Source of the DNA: Octopus sinensis
Lineage: Eukaryota
Length of the DNA stretch: 64,000 bases
Assembly: GCF_006345805.1 (NCBI RefSeq)
Contig: NC_043003.1
Coordinates: forward strand, 72,974,001-73,038,000
Reading direction: 5' to 3'
In this document: piece by piece, positions 39,451 through 51,455 of the stretch
Layout: every line of letters begins with the position of its first letter
Numbering within the stretch: the first letter of the stretch is position 1
The notes under the pieces: generated by a model
The model's database searches: none
The model's input: the letters and a program-made list of their open reading frames with translations, nothing else
Told to the model about the DNA's origin: nothing
Position numbers and translations under genes: made by a program

Positions 39451-40634
39451 ATACACATATGCATACATATATATAAACATAGCAACACACATACATATAG
39501 GTGTGTGTTGTATGTGTGCGTATTCATATATATGTAAGTGTATATATATTTATATATACATATACACATTCAAATACACACACACACACACACAAATGCA
39601 CACATACGCAAATTCACACACACTCTTATCGACGCAAGTTTTACACTGCAGGCAATAAACAATGAAAAACACCTCAACTCATGTGGAGCAGTGTCTCACA
39701 GCGGCGGCATATTAAATTTGATTTAGGAAAAAGAAATGCAGAAAACAAGAGAAAATTATTTAAAGCCACTGATGTAATTTCAGATAAAGAAATATCGATA
39801 ATTAGATCAAACGCATATTCGCAAATACTTCTCAATAAATAATCTAAACAGAGTACAACATTAACAGATGAAAGAATATTATAGACGTGTAAGCTTAATT
39901 CTTATAACTAAGCCAAATACTAATTATAAGATAATAGGCATCAATATTTTAGTTATTCCAATAAAATAGCTGCAGTATTCTGAAATACAAGCAATGCTAA
40001 ACAGGAAAACAAAGAAGAGATCACTTTCTGAATCTACCACACAATGTCTAACTGTTAAAGAATTTATTTGCTGTAAATACAGACAAAGGCAATTTGAAAT
40101 TAGAAATTAGAAAATTGAAAAAAGGTTTCTTATAAAAAATATCTAAAAAAAGAATGGAAAGAAACTAAAATTAATAGATAAAAAGAACCCTGCTTTATAT
40201 TAGCAGAGGAGAAAGAGAAACACTTCTAAATCCGGGGTTAAAGTAACAGACAGTTGTGAGAAGTGTTGCGGAAGAACAGAAATTGTTAGAAAATTAAAAA
40301 TCAAATTAAAATAGGACCACAAAATACCATGCTAAGAGGTTTACAAGAAGTTCTGCATTAACAACCACTGATAAAACTCATGAACAATAGTGGCCGAGGA
40401 GCTCAAAATTTAAAGTGGAGACTGAATCGTTTTTAAACACGACAGAGTACATCTAAAATATATAATGAATCACAATATAAAATGTAACCGCAAAATATGG
40501 AAGGGTAGTAAATAAACAATTAGCACAACACACTGTTTCTGATTGCTAGTGGAATCTCTCACTCCTCCCTTTCTCTCCTCCCTTTTTCTCTTTATAAACA
40601 TGAGTATATTATTTTTAATCGGCAGAAACTATAC

Positions 40635-40704
<70 letters not shown>

Positions 40705-42144
40705 AAATTAACCAGCATCTTTCTCTTTGTATACACACACATACACACACGCGCACGCACGTATGCACGCACGCACACACACATACGCATTGAGAATAAG
40801 GATTAAGTGAATAAATCTTGAGAAATACCTCTTTAAGTACTCTCTAGAGATCGGACACGTGCTGAATAAATTGCCCAGTCATTATAGTTCAATTGCATTG
40901 TTATTCATTTCCCGTATCAGGTGCAATTTGTAAATCTGAGGTCGAACACCAATTAAATTCAGTGTATTACTTTCAGAGGATATTAGAAAAATAAAGGCTA
41001 AAAATGAGGATGCATTACATTGTGTAACGAAGTCTTTATATTTTTTTGTGTTTGGTCAGTAAGTGTGATTTCCTATTTGCTTCCGTCTAGAAATCAATGG
41101 AAATGAGTACTATTGCCTTCAAATTTACTTTTGTGACCGGACATCAATGTTTTAGAACTGACTTACTTTTCTTTACATTTCAGACAGATTCAGTGCTTAG
41201 TTGCTTGACACCACTTAAGCATGTCCCTTTAGTGGCTGACAATTTGTGAATCACTGATCGTGAGCAGGAGTTGTCGGGATGCTTCATAGCCATGAGTTGA
41301 GAGGGATTCTTTGGGTTTGAATATATGTAACGAAAGCAACGTTTGAGGGAAAATGTTAGCCATTTTCATACTTTGTAGGGATAAGCAAATAAGAAATAAC
41401 AATTGCTACCCAAGGACAAAGATCGTCTTACACAATGTTATCAGCAATTTGTTTAGGTTACACGCGTTTCGAATATCTTGGCATGACACAAGTGTTGCAC
41501 AATGGGATATGCGAATTGAATCAATTCTTCATTTACTCATCTAAAATACCATCGAAAAAGTGGAATTATGTACCTTCAATTTCTTTTCAAAGCTAATCTT
41601 AATAAACACCATGAGAAGGTTATTACTCTCAGATTTACCATAAGAATGCTACCCTGCATCTTCAGTCACTATTAGTGACAATTGAATTTCTCCTTTTTGT
41701 TTTTATATTGCGTCTAGCTACCTGCATTACTTCATTAATTTCACATAACAATTTTAATAAACCAGTCATTGATTCTTATGATAAATTCTCTATACTGACT
41801 GGTATGATGTAGCTTAACCATCAGTGATGTAATACTACTGATGAGTTTTAATTCCAAGTGAAATTGTCTTGCCTATATAGTACCCTCGCTCGCTGTGGGG
41901 AGGTTATCTCCCCTCTCAGTGCATGGACTTGTACTTTTTCTGGCTATATGGGTCTTTGACTCTTGTTTCTAGCAATGTAGATTCTACCCTGTACCCTTCG
42001 TCACTATTAGTAACGATCGAACTTTTCTTTTTTGATTTCATATTGCGTCTAGCCACCTTCATTATTTTATATGCATATAACTAGTAGTAGTATTATGCGT
42101 ACTTGCAGATTTGTGTTTAGGCTCCTGTTGTGTGTGAATAAATA

Positions 42145-42703
42145 ATTGAATACGTTGGTGTTAACAAAGAGTACTGTCGGTCATTTATTTGCAATGACTA
42201 CAATTTTTCTACATAGTTCTCCAGGCTTGCATGTATTTGGTTTTGTAACCGTTTCTCTGTATTATGAGATCTAGATGTGTTTCCTCAGGCGATGTATCAA
42301 TATTGTCTCCGTGAACACAAATTCTGGGTTTCAAGAGCATCTTATCTGTCTGTGGTGTTAGTAGCTAATAATAGCTAAACCCCCATCCCACTGCATCCGT
42401 ACATTCAAAGTAGTTTATTAACAAACCTTCAGCCACGACACATCTCTTGAGATATTCAGTGGCTACTATTAACTCGCAAGCCACAACAGACCAATAGGAT
42501 GCTCTTGAAACCGAGAATTTGAGTTTATGGAGACAATATTTATATATCGCGCTAGGAAACATAACTAGATCTCATAATGCAGAGAAACGGTTACATAACC
42601 AATTGCATGCAAGCCTGGAGAACTACGTTGCGTAGAAACAATTGTAGTGATTGCAAATAAATGTCCAATTCTACTCTTTCTTGTTGACTCCAACTTATTC
42701 AAT
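42145..42703. mobile_element. Fold-back / MITE-like element: ~230-bp imperfect inverted arms, ~86-bp spacer
   Basis: 42145-42375 aligns to the reverse complement of 42462-42703, with shared blocks TTTATTTGCAAT.ACTACAATT, GTTCTCCAGGCTTGCATG, GTAACCGTTTCTCTG.ATTATGAGATCTAG and GGTTTCAAGAGCATC. Confidence 0.85.
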
Positions 42704-42760
42704 GATCTATTGCAGACAACAAACAGATGTATTAGTTTAACTCCCGGGATGTGAAAAAGT

Positions 42761-42796
42761 CTTTAACGTTTCGAGCCTTCGCTCTTCCACAGAAAG
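42761..42796 (-). ncRNA. Minimal hammerhead-like motif, core variant CUGUGGA
   Basis: rc = CTTT CTGTGGA A GAGC GAAG GCTC GAAAC GTT AAAG; all stems intact, A6 replaced by U. Confidence 0.55.
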
Positions 42797-43085
42797 GAAC
42801 ACAGGAAGAAACAAGGCGAGAAAATAAAGAATGTGTAGAAGCTAGCGATATATCACGGCGAATACCTGACAGAGGTATCACACAGGAGAGCTAGGAAGAA
42901 GGGAAGATAATAAAGTAGTGGTAATCCCAAAACGAAGGTGCACGTGTGTGTATAGAAGAGACCATGCATGTGCGCGTGGAAGATGGCAGATAACCTTGGC
43001 GTGTGCGTGTGTATATGTGTAGGTATGTGGATGTGTGGCTGGGAAATGGTCAGTGCTAGTGTGTGCGTGGTAGTGTGATGGTGTT

Positions 43086-43174
43086 GGGATGTGGGGGAGG
43101 TGAGAGTGGGGAAAGCAAGGGTGGGGTGTGGGTTAGGCTGAGGGTGTGGGAGAGGTGGGGTATGTGGATAGGGG
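43086..43174 (+). other. G-quadruplex-prone tract
   Basis: Ten runs of three or more G within ~90 nt on the + strand. Confidence 0.6.
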
Positions 43175-43184
43175 ACTAAACACA

Positions 43185-43556
43185 GAGGGGACACACAAAG
43201 GGATTACGTCGATTACATCGAGCCCAGTGCGTAACTGGTACTTATTTAATTGATCCCGAAAGGATGAAAGGCAAAGTCAATCTCGGTGGAAACTTAACTC
43301 AGAACGTAACTACAGACGAAATACCTATTTCTTTCTAACCATAAGGAGCTAAACACAGGGAGGACAAACAAGGACAGACAAACGGATTAAGTCGATTATA
43401 TTGACCCCAGTGCGTAACTGGTACTTAATTTATCGACTCCGAAAAGATGAAAGGCAAAGTCAAACCTCGGCGGAATTTGAACTCAGAACGTAGCGGCAGA
43501 CGAAATACCGCAAAGCATTTCGCCCCGCGTGCTAACGATTTTGCCAGCTCACCGCC
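43185..43556 (-). mobile_element. Dimeric SINE (GGCGAGCTGGCAGAA family, duplicated core)
   Basis: rc head GGCGGTGAGCTGGCAAAATCGTTAGCACGCGGGGCGAAATGC; the core GCCTTTCATC..GGGTCGATAAATTAAGTACCAG occurs twice. Confidence 0.85.
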
Positions 43557-43746
43557 TTTTTATATACATATATATATATATTGCACACCCGTCTTCGTCT
43601 TTTGCTTTTTTTTTGCTTTTTTTGTAAATTCCAACTATATATATACTTAACGAGAAGGTTTACGAAAATAAACAAAAGACGAAGGCAGGTGGAGTACAAA
43701 CAAACAATTGTATTAGTATGGCGCTCAGGAATAGAAATAAAACAAG

Positions 43747-43784
43747 TCTTTTACGTTTCGAGCCTACGCTCTTCGACAGAAAGA
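43747..43784 (-). ncRNA. Minimal hammerhead-like motif, core variant CUGUCGA
   Basis: rc = TCTTT CTGTCGA A GAGC GTAG GCTC GAAAC GTA AAAGA; stems intact, A6 replaced by U, triplet GUA. Confidence 0.55.
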
Positions 43785-43849
43785 TACACAGAAAAGAAAC
43801 AAGGAGAGAAAAAATGCGTGTAGGAGCTAACGGTCCATCATGATAGGCT

Positions 43850-44520
43850 TCGGCCACATTGGCCCTGGCCATAGCTAACTTAATAGCACCACCTGGAAAA
43901 GACATTTAGTAATGCATTTTTGTACAGTTAATTTTAGGTACTATTGGCCATTCGATTAAAGAGTTGTTGTTTGCTGCAGTATATCTGGGTGTTGGTGGTT
44001 TATCTGGGATTTGTTAGAGATATTCATCCATGAACGTTTTGAAAGTTAGGAAATCTTTTTTCCTCCTTTATATGTTTTGGAATGATGTAAAAAAGAGTAG
44101 GTCCAGTTGAGGAGAAGTAGTTCTGTCTTAGTGTTGTTATGTGCTGAGAGCACGGTTTCTGTAGAGGACGCATGGCACCGGGACCAAGCCTTGGGTGGAT
44201 TTTAAAAGTGATACTGATATCATTTGGGCAATACTGTCGGAACAATTTCCACATCCTTCAAATAATAAAAGGCTCTCGGCGGCGCTGGAGAGAATACAGT
44301 TTGAGATCCCCGAGTCGATCCCAATAATTAAGAGCAGACATGCCATCAATTTTATTTGTAATTGATCTCTTGGGTGTTTCAAGTTTTTTAATATTCTGTC
44401 TTGTGTAGGGAGACCATAGCGGACAACAGTATTCAAGGTGAGAGCAGGCAATATCCACACTTATAATGATATAATACATCGACATTCATACGTAAACTGT
44501 AATATGAGATTCGTCTATGT
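43850..44520 (-). mobile_element. CR1-clade LINE 3' fragment
   Basis: ACSHLEYCCPLWSPY..QNIKKLE..RS.TNKIDGM..LNYWDRL..LKLYSLQRRRE; ending LDEY..QIPDKP..PRYTAANNNSL. Confidence 0.9.
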
Positions 44521-44787
44521 TCTATATTGATATTTTCCTGGTGAAAACTTTCACAATCTCTTAACCCAGTTCTTGCGCAAAGTATCTCACTCTCGAAATC
44601 TCCTTTCGGATTAGTGTTCTGTAGATATCAACCAACATATGCTCAAATTTAGTATCATAACATCGACTAGTGACAAGAACACTGTGACTTAAAAAAATAT
44701 GTGATTTTTGATTTAGATTTTTCCAGTTTCAGCTAATGAGCTGTGGCCATGATGACATCTCATTTCATCTATGATTTGCTGTTTCAG

Positions 44788-44846
44788 ATTTTATACCGAC
44801 TGACTCCCATCAATTCCAGAAAACTCTGCCATGTCACGAATCTCAC
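44788..44846 (+). CDS. Probable second SEA-domain exon, phase 0 to 2
   Basis: Acceptor TTGCTGTTTCAG|, donor CAC|GTAAGT; phase-0 reading ILYRLTPINSRKLCHVTNL(T) continues ..QQICRS and ends where the SEA 'c.V..f..GS' strand is expected. A phase-1 reading is also open, so the frame is not proven. Confidence 0.45.
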
Positions 44847-45624
44847 GTAAGTAGCCGCAATAATGCAATTATTCCCATGTATAAATATCTACACACACTC
44901 ACATATATATACACGCACTCGGCCGTGCGTGCACACACACGCACGGTTGCTTCATTGCAAAGCAGACATATATGACCAAAATATGTAAATGAATGCAAAT
45001 AACACATCAGATTTTGATATAAATTTTAGATCTTTATTATAAACAACCGGATGAGAGGAGATGCATGTTGTATGCATCCCAATTTGATTAGCTGGCTTTG
45101 GCTTTGATAACTTTCAAAATTGTAAGATCTGGCTCGAGGACCAGAAGTCGGTCGTGGTATACACGTGTGCGCACACAAACGCATTTACATATACGCACGT
45201 GCGTTTGTGTAATTCAACCAGTTGTGAAGGTTTCATGCTGGTAGAGGCTGTTTCGGAAAATTATGCAATTGTTGTTAAATGCACTCGTTCGCCTCACTTG
45301 CTTTTACAGATTGTGACCTTCTCCCGATGTGTGAGAAGCCTAAGGGTATTGAAAAGGATTGCTGCTTTGAGAGAACGTGTGTGTACTGATTACTTTCATG
45401 TACATATATTTACTATATTGCAACTGAAATGTATTTAAACGTCCCAAATTAGAATACTTCTTCTGTCGAATCCACTAAAGGTATAATTCTTTGATAACTA
45501 ACGTGTTCTTGTGATATATAAAGTGACATCTTCATCGTTTTGTTTGTTCCTCATCGACCTTAACAACGGCTAAATACTTTGTGGTTAAATGAGTGTCTGT
45601 CTTTAGTTAAAGAACAGCGGACCA

Positions 45625-46800
45625 CATACGAGGTGCATTCCAACAAGTTTGAAGCAGTTTTGAGATAGGCAGTTATGACTGCCCTAGGTCATTGCAGTTC
45701 TAGTATATCTTTACCGTTCATTTAATAAACTGACCTGCCGACTTCTTTATTCTAGACTGAAGGAGACGGCTGTAACAGCTTTTTGAACACCATTTTTTAA
45801 ACAATGTGCGTCACAGTTGACTAGTTTGAAGAATGCAGTTGGGAGTGGTGGCAATTTGGAAGCTTGCTATGCAATGAAATTTTGTGTTAGATCAGGCGAA
45901 AATGCTATAAAGTCTTATGAAATGTTATACGTTGCTTATGAATTAACTTGCATGAACTGAGCATATATTTTTCGCTGGTTCAAGGATGGTAAAGAGGAGG
46001 TAAGAAACTATATGAGATGTGAAAGAAAGAGAGACGCCAAAACATCATAGCTGGTCTATAAAAAACGATAAGCGCACAGTTTGTGTAGCAACAGTACATA
46101 GAATTATTCATGAAGATCTGAACATGAGCTCAGTGACAAATAGCAAAAAAAAAAAAACGCATTGGTGACTGTAGGGAGATAGTGGAGCTCGTTACCTCCA
46201 ATCCAAGTGTATTTTGGTCTCTGGTAACCTCTGACAAAAGCTGGATCTATTGTTATGACTCAGAGCCGAAGAGACAGAATGCTCATTGGAAGCCTCCTGG
46301 ATTCTCAAGACCTAAGAAGGCTAGGTAAAGCATGGACGCTCATGATGATCCTTTTCTTTCGACAGCAAATCATCATGTGCATCAAGTGTTCCTTCTGTAC
46401 TTTGTGTAGGTTTTGAGACAGTTCAGGAAGAGACATCGTCACAAAAGGCCAGAGCTATATTACTCAGGTCAGTGGTACCTGGACGAAGACAATCCAGAAA
46501 CCCTCAATTCCTCCATGTTAACCAAGTAATTGATAGAGATGGGCATCAAAATTGTCTTTACTCTCCCAACAATCCTGACCTGTGATTTTGATTGTTTGCC
46601 AAGCTGAAAGAGAAACTCAGGAGTTGTCATTTGAAAATATTGAGAAGATAAAGGCGTCTGTGTGAAGGGTCCTGGACACCTTCACCTTGAAGGAATTCCA
46701 TGGGACCTTCACAAAGAAACTGGAACTCTACAAGAGCATTAAAGTCAGAGGATCCTCCGTTGAAGGAGATTAGTGTTTTGTACATCTTTGAAATTAATAA
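45625..46800 (+). mobile_element. Decayed mariner transposase copy
   Basis: TIR-like TACGAGGTGCATTCCAA; YAMKFCVRSG..A.KSYEML.VAY; VTSDKSWIYCYD.EPKRQ.AHWKP.G..RPKK; C-terminal KLK..LR..HFENIE.IK. Confidence 0.85.
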
Positions 46801-46994
46801 ATGTCTCCTTTGTCATCCTGAGTCATCGTGCACTTTGGCAGATTAGATATCTCGCTTAGATAAATCAAAATGTAATTCGTTGGTTCATATGTCTAGAATC
46901 TACCTTTATATGTCTATGTATATATACATGCACGTACATACCTATATATTTCTCTCAGTATCTCTCTATTTATCCCCCTTACATAAACACATAA

Positions 46995-47210
46995 ATAATA
47001 TATGTATGCATATCTTCTATCTTATACTTGTTTCAGTCATTCGATTGCGGTCATGCTGGGTCACCGCCTTGAAGAATTTTAGTCGAACTAATTGACCCCA
47101 GTACTTATTTTCTTTTTAAACCTGGCACTTATTTTATCGGTCGCTTTTGCCGAACCGCTAAATTATGGGAACGTAAACACACCAATACTGGTTGTCAGTG
47201 ATGGAGGGAG
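46995..47210 (-). mobile_element. SINE 3' half (same family as 1120-1513)
   Basis: TTGTTTCAGTCATT.GA.TGCGG.CATGCTGG..CACCGCC..TTTTGCCGAACCGCTAA.TTA.GGG.ACGTAAACACACCA. Confidence 0.8.
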
Positions 47211-47214
47211 GCAA

Positions 47215-47440
47215 ATACCGAAATTCTGAAGCAGGTGTTCGCGAAAAGCCAGAAGAAGTCCATCCGGAGGATTGCACTGGAACTTAGCATCAACAAAGTT
47301 CGATTCAGCCGATGCTTCGGAGTGTGATAAAGCTCTAACCGCACCGACTTCAGGTTGTTCAAAGGTGTCAAGCGGAAGATTTTGATGCGCGTGTGGAAAT
47401 GTGTGTCAAATGCTGACGGCGTCACGTCTCTCCGAATGAT
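47215..47440 (+). mobile_element. Tc1/mariner-type transposase remnant (internally deleted)
   Basis: + strand EILKQVFAKSQKKSIRRIALELSI resembles the 'F.RSP.KS.RR.S.EL.I' HTH; ..RVWKCVSNADG resembles the C-terminal 'R...CI...G.H'. Confidence 0.4.
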
Positions 47441-47510
47441 ACCTGAAACGAAATAGAAAAAAGAAAGTGTACAGTGACTTTTGACACACACGCACACACA
47501 CACATATTTA

Positions 47511-47659
47511 AGCGTAGGAGTGGCTGTGTGGTAAGTAGCTTCCTTACCAACCACATGGTTCCGGGTTCAGTCCCACTGCGTGGCACCTTGGGCAAAGCCT
47601 CGGGCCGACCAAAGCCTTGTGAGTGGATTTGGCAAAAGGAAAGTCAAAGAAGCCCGTCG

Positions 47660-47717
<58 letters not shown>

Positions 47718-47895
47718 TTGTGTGTCTGTGTCCCCGCCCAACATCGCTTGACAACCGATGTTGCTGAGTTTACGCCCCCGTAAGTTAGCGGTTTAGGCTT
47801 ATAAAGAATAAGTCCTGGGGTCGATTTGCTCGACTAAAGGCGATGCTCCAGCATGACCACAGTCAAATGACCGAAGCAAGTAAAAGAGTAAAAGA
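47511..47895 (+). mobile_element. tRNA-derived SINE, full length
   Basis: AGGAGTGGCTGTGTGGTAAGTAGCTTCCTTACCAACCACATGGTTCCGGGTTCAGTCCCACTGCG head; tail CCAGCATGACCACAGTCAAATGACCGAAGCAAGTAAAAGAG. Confidence 0.88.
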
Positions 47896-47910
47896 GAAGA
47901 GTATATATAT

Positions 47911-47983
<73 letters not shown>

Positions 47984-48043
47984 ATATATATATACATATA
48001 TATATACATATATATATACGTATACATATATACATATATATAT

Positions 48044-48079
<36 letters not shown>

Positions 48080-48669
48080 AGCATATCTGTATAATATATA
48101 CTAGTGTGTGTGTAAGTGTGTATATGTGTGTGTATGTGTGTGTATGTGTGTTGTAAGCATTCTAATGCAATGCATTATCTAGTCGGTCATCTTTCAATTA
48201 ACATATACATGGAGATTTTCTAACAACGACCGACACCAGCCGGCGGGGAGGAGATATTTTCGAAACTGGAATATCTTCATGTATTCTCAACAATATTGCT
48301 ACATACACATCAGATCATAATAGAATGCAACACTGTTCGTGAAAGTCTTTCTCGTTATACAGACCTTCTTGATTACTTCATAAAATTTCTATTAAATTAC
48401 CTCGAATATTAATTGAATAATTACGATGTGTTTGGCGAGGCTTATAACAAGAAATAATTGATTTCGAACATAAAAGTCTCCTCGTTCGGGGGGTCATTAT
48501 TGAATCGTTTGATTTTCTCTTGTGCATCTCTAAATTGCTACGATTAGATTTTAGCCTTAAATATCTCACATTCTGAACAGAATGCACGGAATTAGACTGG
48601 TTTATAAATGAATATAATAAATTGAATTTCGAATACGTTCACCTCGAAATATGATCATTAAATTCGTGT

Positions 48670-48700
<31 letters not shown>

Positions 48701-48861
48701 CACATACACATACACACGCACACAAAAGATATAATTGTATGCACGTTTGTGTGTAAGCGTGTGTGAATTTGTGTAGATTTTTGTGTAAGTAGATATTAAG
48801 CACAACACACACATACAAACACACACAGACACACACACACATACGCACACACACACACGCA

Positions 48862-48926
<65 letters not shown>

Positions 48927-50493
48927 ACAGCTATTCATTTCTATAGCACCATCTTTCACTACATATAATTTCACCGGCATAGCTTCATACTTTTATACTT
49001 GTGTTGAAATGTCTAAATACCGAAATGTCTTACCGTATTTAGCGTAATTTTCCCGGGTACCGGGATCAATTCTCTTTTGCTTCGCTTCCTCCTTCATTAT
49101 TTTTGGGGTCAATTAAACTTTTACTAGTATAGCGCCGTGGTTAGTTCGATGTAATATACTTATTTTCTATTAAATATGTCACTTGACATTCACAAGACAA
49201 TTACCGTCGGAGGGTGACGGAAAGCAATATGCATTACATTCTGTTCTAAGTATGAATACAGCCATCATGAGCCATGCCTTTCATCCTTCCAGGATCAATG
49301 AAATAAGTAGATGGCACAGCCGACAGATTTTTAGCGTATACTGTAAATATAATGCAATGCGTGACGTTGATTTGCCTTTCAAACTTGTAGGGAGGATAAA
49401 ATATGTTGTACAAAAGTACTGAGGTTGATTTGGTCAACCTTTGCCGCATCTTGAGGGTATGTAGGCTGGTAACTATCGTAATATCACAACAAAAGCATCT
49501 CTTATACTCCTAATTATGTGAACGGTAACAAGAGGGCTAACTTTATGAACATCGAATGTGAGATGCCATTTCAAGCTTATGCTAAGCAGTTACACTTAAA
49601 TCAATTCATGTGTCATAATTTTAGATTGGAAAAAAGCGGCGAGCTGGATGAATCTTTGTTGCGCCGGACGAAAAGTTTAGCGGAATTTATATCAGTTACT
49701 TAAATTTTAGGTTGAAATGCCGCCGAGGTCAAATTTGCCGTTCATAAAATTCGGGGTCGATAAACTAGGCACCAGTCAAGTACTGAAGTCGATGTAATCG
49801 ACTTTCTCCTCCATTCAAAATTACTGGCCTTGTGATAAAAGTAGAAAGAATTATTTTAAATATGAAATCTTTTACTCGTAATATTCTTTCCTGGTTTCTT
49901 AGAATTCAATGAACAAACTAGATCTAATATTCTGGAAAGAGAAAATTTCTTAATAATTGCACTATATAGTCATAAGCTCTTCAAATACAGTATTTGTAAT
50001 CCGGTGTCGATTCCAACTTTATGCATATAGGAGGCCCAATAATTTCAGAGTTGTATCCCGGAATATGGATTCTATATTTCTCATCAAACAAATAATACTT
50101 TTGATTACCGCATAATTGATATAACTTCAGAATTTTCATAATTGAAGCATTACATTTGCATTCCTCCACTTAACCATAATTTTTCCTATAAATAGCATCT
50201 AAGACAGTATACGAATGGCTTCGAATTTTCTAAATTACAAAGCGATTCCACTTTCACATAATTGAAATGATGGAAATGACAGAATGAAAGAAATAATTAG
50301 TAGCTTCTACGCTTAGACACTTATTCAAAGTATATAACTTCGGTTTCGCTTCAACTTAACTTTGAAATAAAATCTTTGTAATATATAGAAAGTATGAGAC
50401 CCGAGGTTGTAGGAGAAGACACCTGCTTAAGGCGCCGCTACGCGGTATAAAATCAGGAGCCAATAAACTTCCTAATTACATAGTTTTGAACGC

Positions 50494-50576
<83 letters not shown>

Positions 50577-50578
50577 AA

Positions 50579-50647
50579 GCTAGCTAGCTACCTATCTAAG
50601 TGCTAGCTAGCTACCTATCTAAGTGCTAGCTAGCTACCTATCTAAGT
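50579..50647. repeat. Three perfect 23-bp tandem units
   Basis: GCTAGCTAGCTACCTATCTAAGT x3, at the end of a (TCTA)n tract. Confidence 0.95.
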
Positions 50648-51076
50648 GATTATGTGGTTAAGAAGCTCACATTGCAACCCCGAGATTTCGTGTTCAGCCC
50701 TACTGCGTGGCACCTTGATTAAGTGTCTTCTATTATACTCTAGTCTAATTCAGAAACTTGAACATCCGCATTACTTTCAATTTCGCTTGAAAAGGGATCA
50801 GCCATTTCGTCATTGGATCCACTGTTATGATCAACGAGGATGTCGTCCTAGATCACAGTTTATTGCATTACTAATACCACATATCTTAAATGACTTAATC
50901 ACTATATCATGTCTTATTTTTCCACCGATTTCTTTATCCATACGGAAACCTAAATCTTCGCCAGCCATTTAATTCGTCCAGTAGTTGCTGTTACAAAATC
51001 TTCCTGCTGCATCTAACTGTTCCTCTCCTCTTTCACTAAAGTCTCAAAGGGTTTGTTAATAAAAACATTGCAAAAA

Positions 51077-51455
51077 GGCGGCGAGCTGGCAGAGACGTTA
51101 GCACGCCGGGCGAAATGCGTAGCTATATTTCGTCTGCCGTTACGCTCTGAGTTCAAATTCCGCCGAGGTCGACTTTGCCTTTCATCCTTTCGAGGTCGAT
51201 AAATTTAGTACCAGCTACGCACTGGGGTCGATATAATCGACTTAGTCCTTGTTTGTCCTCTCTGTGTTTAGCCCCTTGTAGTAGTAAAGAAATAAGTATT
51301 TCATCTGTCTTTATGTTTTGAGTTCAAATTCCGCCGAGGTCGAATTTGCTTGTCATCCTTTCGGTGTCGATAAAACTAAGTACCAGTTGCGCACTGGGGT
51401 CGATCTAATCAACTGGCTCCCTCCCCCAAAATTTAGGGCCTTGTGCCTCGAGTAG
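51077..51455 (+). mobile_element. Dimeric SINE (GGCGAGCTGGCAGAA family, duplicated core)
   Basis: GGCGGCGAGCTGGCAGAGACGTTAGCACGCCGGGCGAAATGC head; GAGTTCAAATTCCGCCGAGGTCGA..GTCGATAAA..GTACCAG..GCACTGGGGTCGAT occurs twice. Confidence 0.88.

Noticed and set aside
49981-50169. 62-aa non-repetitive minus-strand ORF (possible piggyBac relic or exon)
   Set aside because: In-frame stop just upstream, no splice signals in frame and no convincing DDD motif.
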